A DNA stretch of 24,000 nucleotides from Infirmifilum uzonense. GTDB lineage: Archaea; Thermoproteota; Thermoprotei; Thermofilales; Thermofilaceae. Shown one piece after another: positions 1-6,627 of this stretch (the stretch's first letter is position 1; each line of letters opens with the position of its first letter). The notes beneath the pieces were generated by a model. It saw only the letters and a list, made by a program, of their open reading frames with translations, had not been told where the DNA came from and did no database searches. The translations under genes were made by a program, and so were the position numbers. Location of the stretch: assembly GCF_000993805.1 (NCBI RefSeq), contig NZ_CP009961.1, positions 1 to 24,000 of the forward strand, written 5' to 3'.

Positions 1-126
1 GCAAATCACAATAGGAAAGGGCTTTATGTTTTTTTCGCTCCGCGATCGATTATAACGCGGCCCCGCACTTAGCATTACACCTTTTAACAGTATGAAAAGG
101 CTTTAAGGGGATAGAGATGCGTAAGC

Positions 127-137
127 AATATATTTAT
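127..137 (+). promoter_or_regulatory. TATA-box-like element upstream of tRNA-Ile
   Basis: AATATATTTAT lies about 29-39 nt upstream of the tRNA 5' end at 166. That spacing suits an archaeal TATA box followed by a short leader. Confidence 0.4.
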
Positions 138-165
138 CCTAATCTTTGTTCTAATGCCGCGCGGA

Positions 166-295
166 GGGCCGGTGGCTCAGCCAGGTAGAGCATCCGAGCG
201 CTTCCTATAGCGCGGTGAAGCTGATAAACGAGCGCGCCCCTCTGGCGCCTCTTCCAGAGACCGGGGGGTCCCGGGTTCAAATCCCGGCCGGCCCA
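166..295 (+). tRNA. tRNA-Ile(GAU) with two introns (197-219 at position 30/31; 227-259 at canonical 37/38)
   Basis: The acceptor GGGCCGG/CCGGCCC plus A73, the D arm GCTC-AGCCAGGTA-GAGC and the T arm CCGGG-TTCAAAT-CCCGG were read directly. Removing 197-219 and 227-259 yields the anticodon arm TCCGG-CTGATAA-CCGGG. Intron 1 folds as a bulge-helix-bulge: central helix CATC(191-194)/GGTG(214-217), 3-nt bulges CGA and AAG, cuts at 196|197 and 219|220, and inner helix GCGCT/AGCGC. Intron 2 has helix CTG(221-223)/CAG(255-257), bulges TAA and AGA, and a long inner helix GAG(C)GCGCC/GGCGCCTC. Confidence 0.85.
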
Positions 296-316
296 CTCTT
301 TATAATCTTGGGGGGT

Positions 317-526
317 CTAGTATGTCTTCTCAGCTTCCCATTCCTCTGAGAGTCCTTCGATCCTGCTTTGATGTTCTTCTAGCTCCCTGAGCATTGCATC
401 TATGTCGTCGAGTATTTTCCTTGGGTCTGGCAGAATGTCGGCGTAGGCCCTGAGAGGGGCGATGTGTGTGCAGGACTTGGGGGTCCTCGAAGTAAACGCG
501 GACATCAACGCATGCTTGAACATCAC
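317..526 (-). CDS. Short ORF whose C-terminal ~41 aa are conserved with the ORF in copy 2; function unknown, possibly a gene fragment
   Basis: IAPLRAYADILPDPRKILDDIDAMLRELEEHQSRIEGLSEE aligns with IASLRIYADIPPEYRKTLNSMDAMLRELEEHRDTLESILEE (24 of 41 identical). About ten of the conserved residues use different synonymous codons. The N-terminal part is not conserved and is antisense to the tnpB remnant. Confidence 0.3.
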   Translation of the reverse strand: MMFKHALMSAFTSRTPKSCTHIAPLRAYADILPDPRKILDDIDAMLRELEEHQSRIEGLSEEWEAEKTY

Positions 527-656
527 TCACAAGACACGATACAGCCCGCCCACACCAAACGAGGTCAAAGCCTTCGTGTCGACACATAGCGGAGTCATAC
601 CACTCAACGAGAAAAAGAGAAAAATACACCAAGAGCAATACACTAATCCCTAGAAG
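462..656 (+). pseudogene. tnpB: Degenerate C-terminal remnant of an IS200/IS605-family TnpB (RuvC-III region only)
   Basis: The translation ...LEVNADINACLNITHKTRYSPPTP...THSGVIPLNEKK contains the D-x-N-A-x-x-N-I pattern typical of the TnpB/Cas12 RuvC-III motif (495-524). No RuvC-I/II or zinc ribbon remains. The stop is followed by hairpins CCCT-AGA-AGGG and GCCAC-CCCCA-GTGAC. Confidence 0.55.
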
Positions 657-761
657 GGTAACCCTGGAGCCACCCCCAGTGACGCAGGGCAGCAGTCGGC
701 GCTAGGCCGCTTCTGATCTTATTTTAGAGACTTACAACGACAATGACTGGAAAATAAGAAG

Positions 762-840
762 CAGTGTCCCGGGTGTGGGTTGCCGCTTTTCATTGCTGGC
801 GCGAAGGCGCCTCGAGCGGCGACCAATAGTCACCCGGGTC
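762..840. ncRNA. GC-rich nested-stem structured RNA candidate (H/ACA-like if read on the minus strand)
   Basis: There are three nested helices: CCCGGGTG(768-775)/CACCCGGG(831-838), GTTGCCGCT(779-787)/AGCGGCGAC(815-823) and GGCGC(798-802)/GCGCC(807-811) with loop GAAG. On the minus strand the outer stem is followed at once by ACA (767-765) and a T-rich tract. On that strand the C-A mismatch in stem 2 would leave a pocket whose top lies 14 nt from ACA. On the plus strand the same position is a G-U wobble, so the strand is ambiguous. Confidence 0.4.
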
Positions 841-862
841 ATGAATAAATTGAGGCAAAGGG

Positions 863-870
863 TTAAATTA
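863..870. promoter_or_regulatory. Palindromic TATA-like element TTAAATTA between the RNA candidate and the 905 gene
   Basis: It lies about 35-42 nt upstream of ATG 905 on the plus strand. On the minus strand it lies about 25-32 nt upstream of the outer stem at 838. It could therefore serve either direction. Confidence 0.3.
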
Positions 871-904
871 GCATTGTGTATTTTTTCAAACACGGTGTTG
901 TGTA

Positions 905-1270
905 ATGGGTGAGGGAAGCGACCTTGAAATAATAAAGAAGAGAATGCTGCTTGAAATGCAAAGAAAAATGCTCGAAAAAGAACTTAAAAAGGCTGAACCA
1001 GACTACTACAGTATTTTTCTCAAATACTTAACTGATGATGGCAGGATCATGTTTGAGAAGGCTGTCGAGCAATATAGTGATACTGCCAAGAAGATAGGAG
1101 AAAAGCTTGGTAAATTATTTTATTCAGGCAGGCTACGGGAAAAGCTAAATGCAGAGGCTGTATATTGGATTTTTTATGAGATTGGGCTTCCAATTCGTCT
1201 TGAGACGAAAATCGTCTATAAGAAGGGCAGAGAATACAAATCGATAAGTGATGTCTTAAAAGAGGAATAG
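905..1270 (+). CDS. PDCD5/TFAR19-like dsDNA-binding protein (COG2118-type), tentative
   Basis: The 121-aa ORF has an N-terminal charged helix (EIIKKRMLLEMQRKMLEKELKK). Its C-terminal pattern ...KLNAEAVYWIFYEIG...IVYKKGREYKSI resembles archaeal PDCD5 homologs as I recall them. Confidence 0.5.
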   Translation: MGEGSDLEIIKKRMLLEMQRKMLEKELKKAEPDYYSIFLKYLTDDGRIMFEKAVEQYSDTAKKIGEKLGKLFYSGRLREKLNAEAVYWIFYEIGLPIRLETKIVYKKGREYKSISDVLKEE

Positions 1271-1376
1271 GATTTGATGAAACTTGATTCAACATGTGTT
1301 TCTCTGAGGATACATATTCGAGGCACATATAAAAATAAATAAAGGGGATGAAATTGTCTCATGCCTGGGGATTCGG

Positions 1377-1679
1377 ATGCCTAAGCCCGTAAAGATAATT
1401 TTCGTCGGGGCATCGTGGGCCGACTTTAACAAGGAGCTAAAAAGCATAAGCCAGGAGGTGGCTAAAAGCAAAGGTTTAGAGTTTGAGGAAAAGCAAGAGG
1501 ACTACGTTTTTCTAACAAAGTATGGCGAGAAGGACGAGTTCGGAGGGGCTGACATTCCGCAAGTATTCGTGGTATACGACAACGGAAAGATAAAACACGT
1601 CCTCACGAAAGTACCTATCGTCGGGACAAAACCCGACTTCGAGGCTGCGAGGCGTAAGATAGAGGAAGCTTTGAGTTAG
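1377..1679 (+). CDS. Hypothetical small protein, possibly thioredoxin/glutaredoxin-like fold lacking the CxxC cysteines
   Basis: The 100-aa ORF starts with ATG, and a TATA-like CATATAAAAATAAATAAA lies about 35-50 nt upstream. KIIFVGASWADF sits where a CxxC motif would be, and IPQVFVVYDNG resembles the cis-Pro strand. The fold assignment is weak. Confidence 0.45.
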   Translation: MPKPVKIIFVGASWADFNKELKSISQEVAKSKGLEFEEKQEDYVFLTKYGEKDEFGGADIPQVFVVYDNGKIKHVLTKVPIVGTKPDFEAARRKIEEALS

Positions 1680-1687
1680 GTTCCGGG

Positions 1688-4213
1688 TTATTTCTTTGAC
1701 TTAATTTGCAGAAAATCATCAATGGATTGTATTCCAAGGAGCTCGTCAAAACTTATTCCAAGAGCATCGAGAACCTGTTCCAATGTGGTCTTCATTATGT
1801 CTAGATACTTCTCAGTGTCTATTTCATCTATTCGTGCAAGTTGTACATGCTTTACACCTTCCCTATCCCTTGTCTTCACATAGCTAACGACACTACCCTT
1901 CATAATGTTTACTGGAGTACTGCCATAGAGCTTCTTGTATTCTCGCAATAACTGTTGTGCAGCCTTCTTGTGTTGAGGGGTTGTTTCGACATATTCTTGT
2001 AGGTCCTTCGTTAATACCACGTTAAATGCCAGTTGATCCAATGAAATCTGATTATTTTTCAAGCGCATAATTGATTCTCTGATATCATCCTTTACTTGTT
2101 CGATAGCTTCTTCAAACGAGGTAATGGTGTCCGCTTTTGAAAGTGTTGTTACAACATCTGTGAACAGCTTCTTTATGAATTCGGGGGTGTTTCTTTTCTT
2201 TCCGACAAGACCCTTTACGTCTATTTTTCCATCCTTTAACGCTCCGAGGTAGTTCTTTTTCCTTTCACTGAAAACAACCCACTTGTACTCTTTGTCAACA
2301 CTGAGGTCTATTTTTAAATCATCGAGAACTGACTGTAGCAGTTTTTCTAATTTATCGCGGCTTGGATTCCAGAGGAAGAGGCTGTCAGTGTCTCCGTAAA
2401 GAACAGGAATGCCTAGATCTACAGCCTTCCTCATGGTCTTCAAGATAGCGTATCTTCCAAGGGCTGTTGTGCTTTCCGCTACCGGGGGACAGTATAGTGG
2501 GAATGCTTCGGAACCGAAGACACCGTAACTTGCGTTTAGAAAAACTTTGAGTGCAGACTGGATCACATCGTAGTGTTGCTTCTCGTCTTCAGACTTTACC
2601 TCTTTTGCCGCCTTCTTGTAAACGTATACGCGGAGATCCCTTAGGATCCCGATAATGGAAGCCATCATTCCTCTTCGACGTGTGCAAACCCAGTGGGGTG
2701 TTCCTGGGACTATGTTCCTTTTACATTCCTCGTGGGGGCATCGAACTGTTTCGTAGCTCAGGTTGCCAGTTTTGATTACGCTCGGATATAGGCTAGCGAA
2801 GTCAACTACAAGCACGTTGAAGTACATTCCGGGTAAGGGGTCGATAACTATTGCTCCAAGATATTTCTTCCCCTTAATTATTGCGCGGGTTGAAGTATCA
2901 CCTTTAATTCTCTTGATATCCTCAGGGTTGGGTATGAGCCAGCCCCTCTGCCTATGCTCGTAGTAGAACATATTTCGGATCCATGCCGAGATGTTGTGAC
3001 GTGTTAGGTCTTCCATTGGTAGTTTAGATATTCTCATCATAAGTATGATGAGTTTGATAACAAGGTCGTCGTTGAAAGCTGTTAACTCGTAGGTGAGCTC
3101 GGCATCACGAAAGCTGTACTCTGCTAGACGCTGATAGGTCATCTCTGAAATCAACTCCTCGTGTCTTACCTTGCCTTTTCCGAGGAGGGCTGAAGCTATT
3201 TCGTCCAAAGTGTTTCCTTCCCTGTATTTGTTTCCAAAAGCATAGACACGCATGGACTTATTTGTGAAGAACTTGTAGAGGTCAATGTGAATAGAGTTTC
3301 GTAGTTCGGGGTACTCGTCTCTTTCTTTCCATGAGATTGGTATCTCTTCTTTCTTGAATCCTAGCTTTAAGGCTCTATTGTAGAGGTAAGGTAGGTCAAA
3401 ACTATCACCGTTAAAGGTGACTAAGAGAGGATACTCTTCGATCAACTTGAAAGTTGCAAGTAGAAGCTCTTTTTCATCCTTAAAGAAAGTTATCCTAGCG
3501 TCTCCCAGCGAGATTTGTGTGTTCCCATGTTTTTCCTCTCTCTCTAAAAGGTATACTCCTTTTCTGCCATCGGATGAGTAATACGAAACGGCTATTACCT
3601 TGTCCTCTGCGAGCTTCGGACTGGGTACTCTAAGAGCCTCAGACTCCACTTCTATGTCTATCGCAACTCTTTTAATCTTGGGAATAGGGGCGCTTAGGAG
3701 TTTCGCCCACTCTATCATTTCTGCAGCTTGGATTTTATCCTCTACAAGGCCTTCTACAAGTTTACGTATGCCTTCAGGGACACTAGTCTCCACTATTTTG
3801 GGTTCCCCGTCCTCATACTTATAGGGCATTCCTGGAATGATTTGTCTATCGTATATGTAGCAGTGATGATATTTTATTTTAGCTTCCCATGAGTGATCCT
3901 TTAAGAGTTCACGAATACTTTTCCCAGAACCACCTATAGATAGTGGATCGTTGGCTTCCACTTTGGTCATCCTAATCCAACGATCGTTAAGTGCATCGTA
4001 TTTCTCGACAATATCAAGCTTGTTGAACCCCGGATGCTTTATAACTTCAGGGAATTTCTCAATGATCTCGTCGGGTGTAAGGTCAGTTAGAAGGTAAGGC
4101 TTGTGTCCGCTGTAGTCCGGAATCTTTACTATTTTATGTTCTTCGTCGTCATAAAAGTAGAGGACTGCTCGGCCATCGCTCCCCGAGTACCTTACTGAGA
4201 ACAAGTAAAGCAA
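1688..4213 (-). CDS. polB: Family B DNA polymerase, PolB1 (Dpo1) type
   Basis: The 841-aa ORF carries the exonuclease motifs AIDIEV, FNGDSFDLPYL and YSFRDAELTY. It carries the polymerase motifs DFASLYPSVI, KVFLNASYGVFG and YGDTDSLF. It is colinear with my recollection of S. solfataricus Dpo1 (GHKPY, KIKRVAIDIEV, NTPQH). Confidence 0.96.
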   Translation of the reverse strand: MLYLFSVRYSGSDGRAVLYFYDDEEHKIVKIPDYSGHKPYLLTDLTPDEIIEKFPEVIKHPGFNKLDIVEKYDALNDRWIRMTKVEANDPLSIGGSGKSIRELLKDHSWEAKIKYHHCYIYDRQIIPGMPYKYEDGEPKIVETSVPEGIRKLVEGLVEDKIQAAEMIEWAKLLSAPIPKIKRVAIDIEVESEALRVPSPKLAEDKVIAVSYYSSDGRKGVYLLEREEKHGNTQISLGDARITFFKDEKELLLATFKLIEEYPLLVTFNGDSFDLPYLYNRALKLGFKKEEIPISWKERDEYPELRNSIHIDLYKFFTNKSMRVYAFGNKYREGNTLDEIASALLGKGKVRHEELISEMTYQRLAEYSFRDAELTYELTAFNDDLVIKLIILMMRISKLPMEDLTRHNISAWIRNMFYYEHRQRGWLIPNPEDIKRIKGDTSTRAIIKGKKYLGAIVIDPLPGMYFNVLVVDFASLYPSVIKTGNLSYETVRCPHEECKRNIVPGTPHWVCTRRRGMMASIIGILRDLRVYVYKKAAKEVKSEDEKQHYDVIQSALKVFLNASYGVFGSEAFPLYCPPVAESTTALGRYAILKTMRKAVDLGIPVLYGDTDSLFLWNPSRDKLEKLLQSVLDDLKIDLSVDKEYKWVVFSERKKNYLGALKDGKIDVKGLVGKKRNTPEFIKKLFTDVVTTLSKADTITSFEEAIEQVKDDIRESIMRLKNNQISLDQLAFNVVLTKDLQEYVETTPQHKKAAQQLLREYKKLYGSTPVNIMKGSVVSYVKTRDREGVKHVQLARIDEIDTEKYLDIMKTTLEQVLDALGISFDELLGIQSIDDFLQIKSKK

Positions 4214-4219
4214 TAAGAC

Positions 4220-4432
4220 TCACCGCGTAAACCTCTCTACTCTCCAAACGTTTCTCCTATAGTTTTTCTTATACTCTTTATAATGCTCACGGCATAGGTA
4301 TACCCGTTTCGTCCCCTCTTTAAGCTTAAGATTGACCCCACTCCGTTTATAGTTTTCAAGCGATATTGATCTCACTGCATCGTTGTCACAACCCTCAACG
4401 GAACATTTCACTCCCTTGTCAACACGTCCCAT
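4220..4432 (-). CDS. Small basic Cys/His (putative zinc-binding) protein immediately upstream of polB1
   Basis: The 70-aa ORF has C10-x4-C15 ... C47-x2-H50 and a Lys/Arg-rich C-terminus. Its stop lies 6 nt before the polB start on the same strand. Confidence 0.6.
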   Translation of the reverse strand: MGRVDKGVKCSVEGCDNDAVRSISLENYKRSGVNLKLKEGTKRVYLCREHYKEYKKNYRRNVWRVERFTR

Positions 4433-4493
4433 GGAATACCCACAATACTAAAAAACAAACCACAGATAAATAGAAAGCGTATAAAGTTAGATA

Positions 4494-4649
4494 TTACTTC
4501 TTGTATCGCTTAGGTCTCAAATCACGGCTATGGCAACGCCTGCACCTCTCCGCGTCCCATGGGTTCCTCGCATTACACCTCCTACAAATCTTAACTTTAA
4601 AGTGGTAGTCCAAGGCTAACTGTAGTTTCTCGGGATCTCTTATAGGCAT
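4494..4649 (-). CDS. rpl40e: 50S ribosomal protein L40e
   Basis: It is not in the ORF track because it is only 51 aa. Hand translation of the minus strand gives [51 protein letters not shown], the L40e zinc-ribbon pattern. A TATA-like TTTTAAAG lies about 35-40 nt upstream. Confidence 0.9.
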   Translation of the reverse strand: MPIRDPEKLQLALDYHFKVKICRRCNARNPWDAERCRRCHSRDLRPKRYKK

Positions 4650-4832
4650 AACTTACCCCTTGGCTATCGAATAGACGATCGCTTTAAAACTTTTTGTCAA
4701 CGCCTCAGAATCTGCTAAAATATAAAGATAACTATGAAAGACAAATATACATGTACTGATAAGTCTTCGCTTAGAGATTCAATAGGATCACCATCTTTAA
4801 AAACACTATTCTAGTTAGCCCTCCCTGTGATC

Positions 4833-6095
4833 ATGGAAAAAACCTCTAGTTTAAAATCCATAGCAAGGACAAACGTGTTCATCCTAGCAGTTGGCGCTCT
4901 CCTAATAGGCTTAATCCTAGGAGCATTAATGAGCTCTCTACTATGGAATAGATCTACCCAAAACACTCAGCAGACAATAACGGTTCCCATAGGCGCGCTC
5001 CTAGAGCTTACCGGCGACTTAGAGTCTTATGGTAAGAGAGACCAAGTAGCCCTCGAGCTCGCTGTTCAGGACATTAATGCTTTTGCTGAGAGTGTTGGGT
5101 CTCCTTTCCGTTTCAAGCTTTTAGTCGAGGATACTGCTACTAGCCCTGAGCAGGCTAGGGCCAAGATACAGGTTCTAGCTGCTCAAGGCGTCCAGGCTAT
5201 TATAGGTCTTGAGGCGAGTAGCGAGGTGAGCAGCGTTAAACAGTTCGCAGACGCCAACAAGATAGTCGTGATCAGTGTGGGATCCACCGCTGCATCTCTA
5301 GCTATTCCGGGTGACTATATCTTCAGGGTGGTTCCCAATGATAACTATCAGGGTAGGGCCCTGGCCAGGCTTGTGTGGAGTAGTGGCTTCAGGTCTGCGG
5401 TCGTCATATACAGGAACGACGCCTGGGGCAAGGGGCTTTACGACTCCTTCACTGCTAGGTTCCAGGAGCTCGGCGGGAGGGTTGCAGGCATACCCTACGA
5501 CCCCAACGCCCAGGACCTCTCAGGGGAGGCTGCGAGGCTCGCGCAGCAGGCCGCGGCCCTAGGCCCTGACACGGCAGTTGTGCTCGTGAGCTTCGAGGAC
5601 GACGGGATAAGGGTGATACAGGCTGCAGCACAAAACCCCACGCTAGCCCACCTCAAATGGTTCGGAACAGATGGAGTAGCGCTCTCTACCAAGCTCACAG
5701 ATCAGGTAGGTGCACAACTGGTCGCATTGGGAGGACTTCCATGTACAATCTTCCAGCCGGCTGGGAACCCTCAGCAAAGCAGGTTTGTCGAAGCATTCTT
5801 GAAGAAGATGAATGAGTATCCACACTCATATGCTATGAATGCTTATGATGCTGCCTGGCTAATAGCCCTAGCAGTAATGACGACAGGACAATACAACGGC
5901 GAAACAATAGCAAAAGCACTACCAACAATAGCACAACACTACTACGGAGTAACAGGAAACACAGCACTAGACCAAAACGGAGACAGATCAGCGGGAGACT
6001 ACGCTATTTGGACAGTAGTGCAAACACCGAATGGGTATAACTGGACTCAAATTGCGGTGTACAATTCAATTACAGACCAAGTGACAAGAGTCTAA
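4833..6095 (+). CDS. ABC-transporter substrate-binding protein, branched-chain amino acid (LivJ/LivK, type I PBP) family, N-terminally membrane anchored
   Basis: There is an N-terminal TM segment (VFILAVGALLIGLILGALMSSLLW). It is followed by GALLELTGDLESYGKRDQVALELAVQDINA, which is typical of Leu/Ile/Val-binding proteins. ATG 4833 is preferred over the track's GTG 4827 because TCTTTAAAAA (4793-4802) fits a leaderless start. No permease or ATPase gene is adjacent. Confidence 0.8.
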   Translation: MEKTSSLKSIARTNVFILAVGALLIGLILGALMSSLLWNRSTQNTQQTITVPIGALLELTGDLESYGKRDQVALELAVQDINAFAESVGSPFRFKLLVEDTATSPEQARAKIQVLAAQGVQAIIGLEASSEVSSVKQFADANKIVVISVGSTAASLAIPGDYIFRVVPNDNYQGRALARLVWSSGFRSAVVIYRNDAWGKGLYDSFTARFQELGGRVAGIPYDPNAQDLSGEAARLAQQAAALGPDTAVVLVSFEDDGIRVIQAAAQNPTLAHLKWFGTDGVALSTKLTDQVGAQLVALGGLPCTIFQPAGNPQQSRFVEAFLKKMNEYPHSYAMNAYDAAWLIALAVMTTGQYNGETIAKALPTIAQHYYGVTGNTALDQNGDRSAGDYAIWTVVQTPNGYNWTQIAVYNSITDQVTRV

Positions 6096-6607
6096 GCAGG
6101 ACGAGCCATCAAGTATGCGTCTTCGCCATCAAGATAGTACCCTGGCAAGACCTTTACAACGTTAAAGCCCAGTTTTTTGTAAAGTCTTATAGCTATTTCA
6201 TTACTAACTCTAACCTCTAGATAGTATTCCTCTGCACCATAGTATTTCTTCATGTTCTCCAAGGCTCTGATCATAAGCTCAGTTCCTATACCACGTCCTT
6301 GAGCAAAGGGGAGTACAGCAATAGAAATTATGTGTCCTCGTTTCCCTATTTTGTTAGGGTTAGTGTAGAGCGTGTCATACTCTACTCTGCACATAATATA
6401 GCCCACTATGCGCCCATCTAGCTCCGCGACTAAGAAGGCTTTCCCGAAATTTCTGTAATGCATTTCGAAGTAAAATACAGGATAGTTTTCAGGCAATACT
6501 TCCTTATTTATCCTTATGACTTCACCTAACTCTTCGTGTCTAACCTCTCTAATGATGAAATCTTTTCTAGACGTGGTAGACACCTCTCGAACGAGGAGAG
6601 AAAACAA
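6092..6607 (-). CDS. ard1: N-alpha-acetyltransferase (GNAT; Ard1/RimI type)
   Basis: LPENYP, RGHIISIAVLPFAQGRGIGTEL and YLEVRVSN...LYKKLGF...GYYLDGEDAYLMARP are colinear with S. solfataricus Ard1 as I recall it. The start is uncertain: TTG at 6607 or GTG at 6583, with no in-frame ATG near the N-terminus. The 3' end overlaps the convergent binding-protein gene by 4 nt. Confidence 0.88.
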   Translation of the reverse strand: MFSLLVREVSTTSRKDFIIREVRHEELGEVIRINKEVLPENYPVFYFEMHYRNFGKAFLVAELDGRIVGYIMCRVEYDTLYTNPNKIGKRGHIISIAVLPFAQGRGIGTELMIRALENMKKYYGAEEYYLEVRVSNEIAIRLYKKLGFNVVKVLPGYYLDGEDAYLMARPA

Positions 6608-6627
6608 TTTCAGCTTTTATTTTTTGT

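Larger units (their letters stand above)
301..690 (+). mobile_element. GC-rich tRNA-flanking element, copy 1 (about 390 bp), containing a tnpB 3' remnant and an opposite-strand short ORF
   Basis: This copy aligns by eye along its whole length with the reverse complement of 10494-11040. The shared tRNA-proximal end is TATAATCTTGGGGG and the shared distal end is GCCCTGCG(T/C)CACTGGGGG...GGTTACCC (reverse-complement reading). Similarity stops sharply at both ends. Relative to copy 2 it lacks about 158 bp, at a point where copy 2 carries two TCGAGG direct repeats and this copy has one (485-490). Confidence 0.65.

Noticed and set aside
330-638. 102-aa minus-strand ORF inside element copy 1, and the analogous 115-aa Arg/Pro-rich ORF at 10532-10879 in copy 2
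   Set aside because: Their composition is low-complexity and Arg/Pro/Gly-rich, as expected from open frames in very GC-rich DNA. The two are not conserved with each other as proteins. The 10532-10879 frame only partly coincides with the decayed tnpB frame (PAWSTCQAC) before drifting out of it.
1047-1471. Minus-strand ORFs 1047-1328 and 1289-1471
   Set aside because: They are antisense to, or overlap, two plus-strand genes and their promoter region. Their composition is Ser/Leu-rich, typical of antisense frames.
2763-3824. Plus-strand ORFs 2763-2963 and 3600-3824 inside polB
   Set aside because: They are antisense to a polymerase gene supported by multiple motifs, and they have no features of their own.
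5311-5825. Track ORFs 5311-5562 (+), 5495-5698 (-) and 5643-5825 (-) overlapping the binding-protein gene
   Set aside because: They are alternative-frame or antisense open frames created by the GC-rich block. They have no motifs and lie entirely within a well-supported 420-aa gene.
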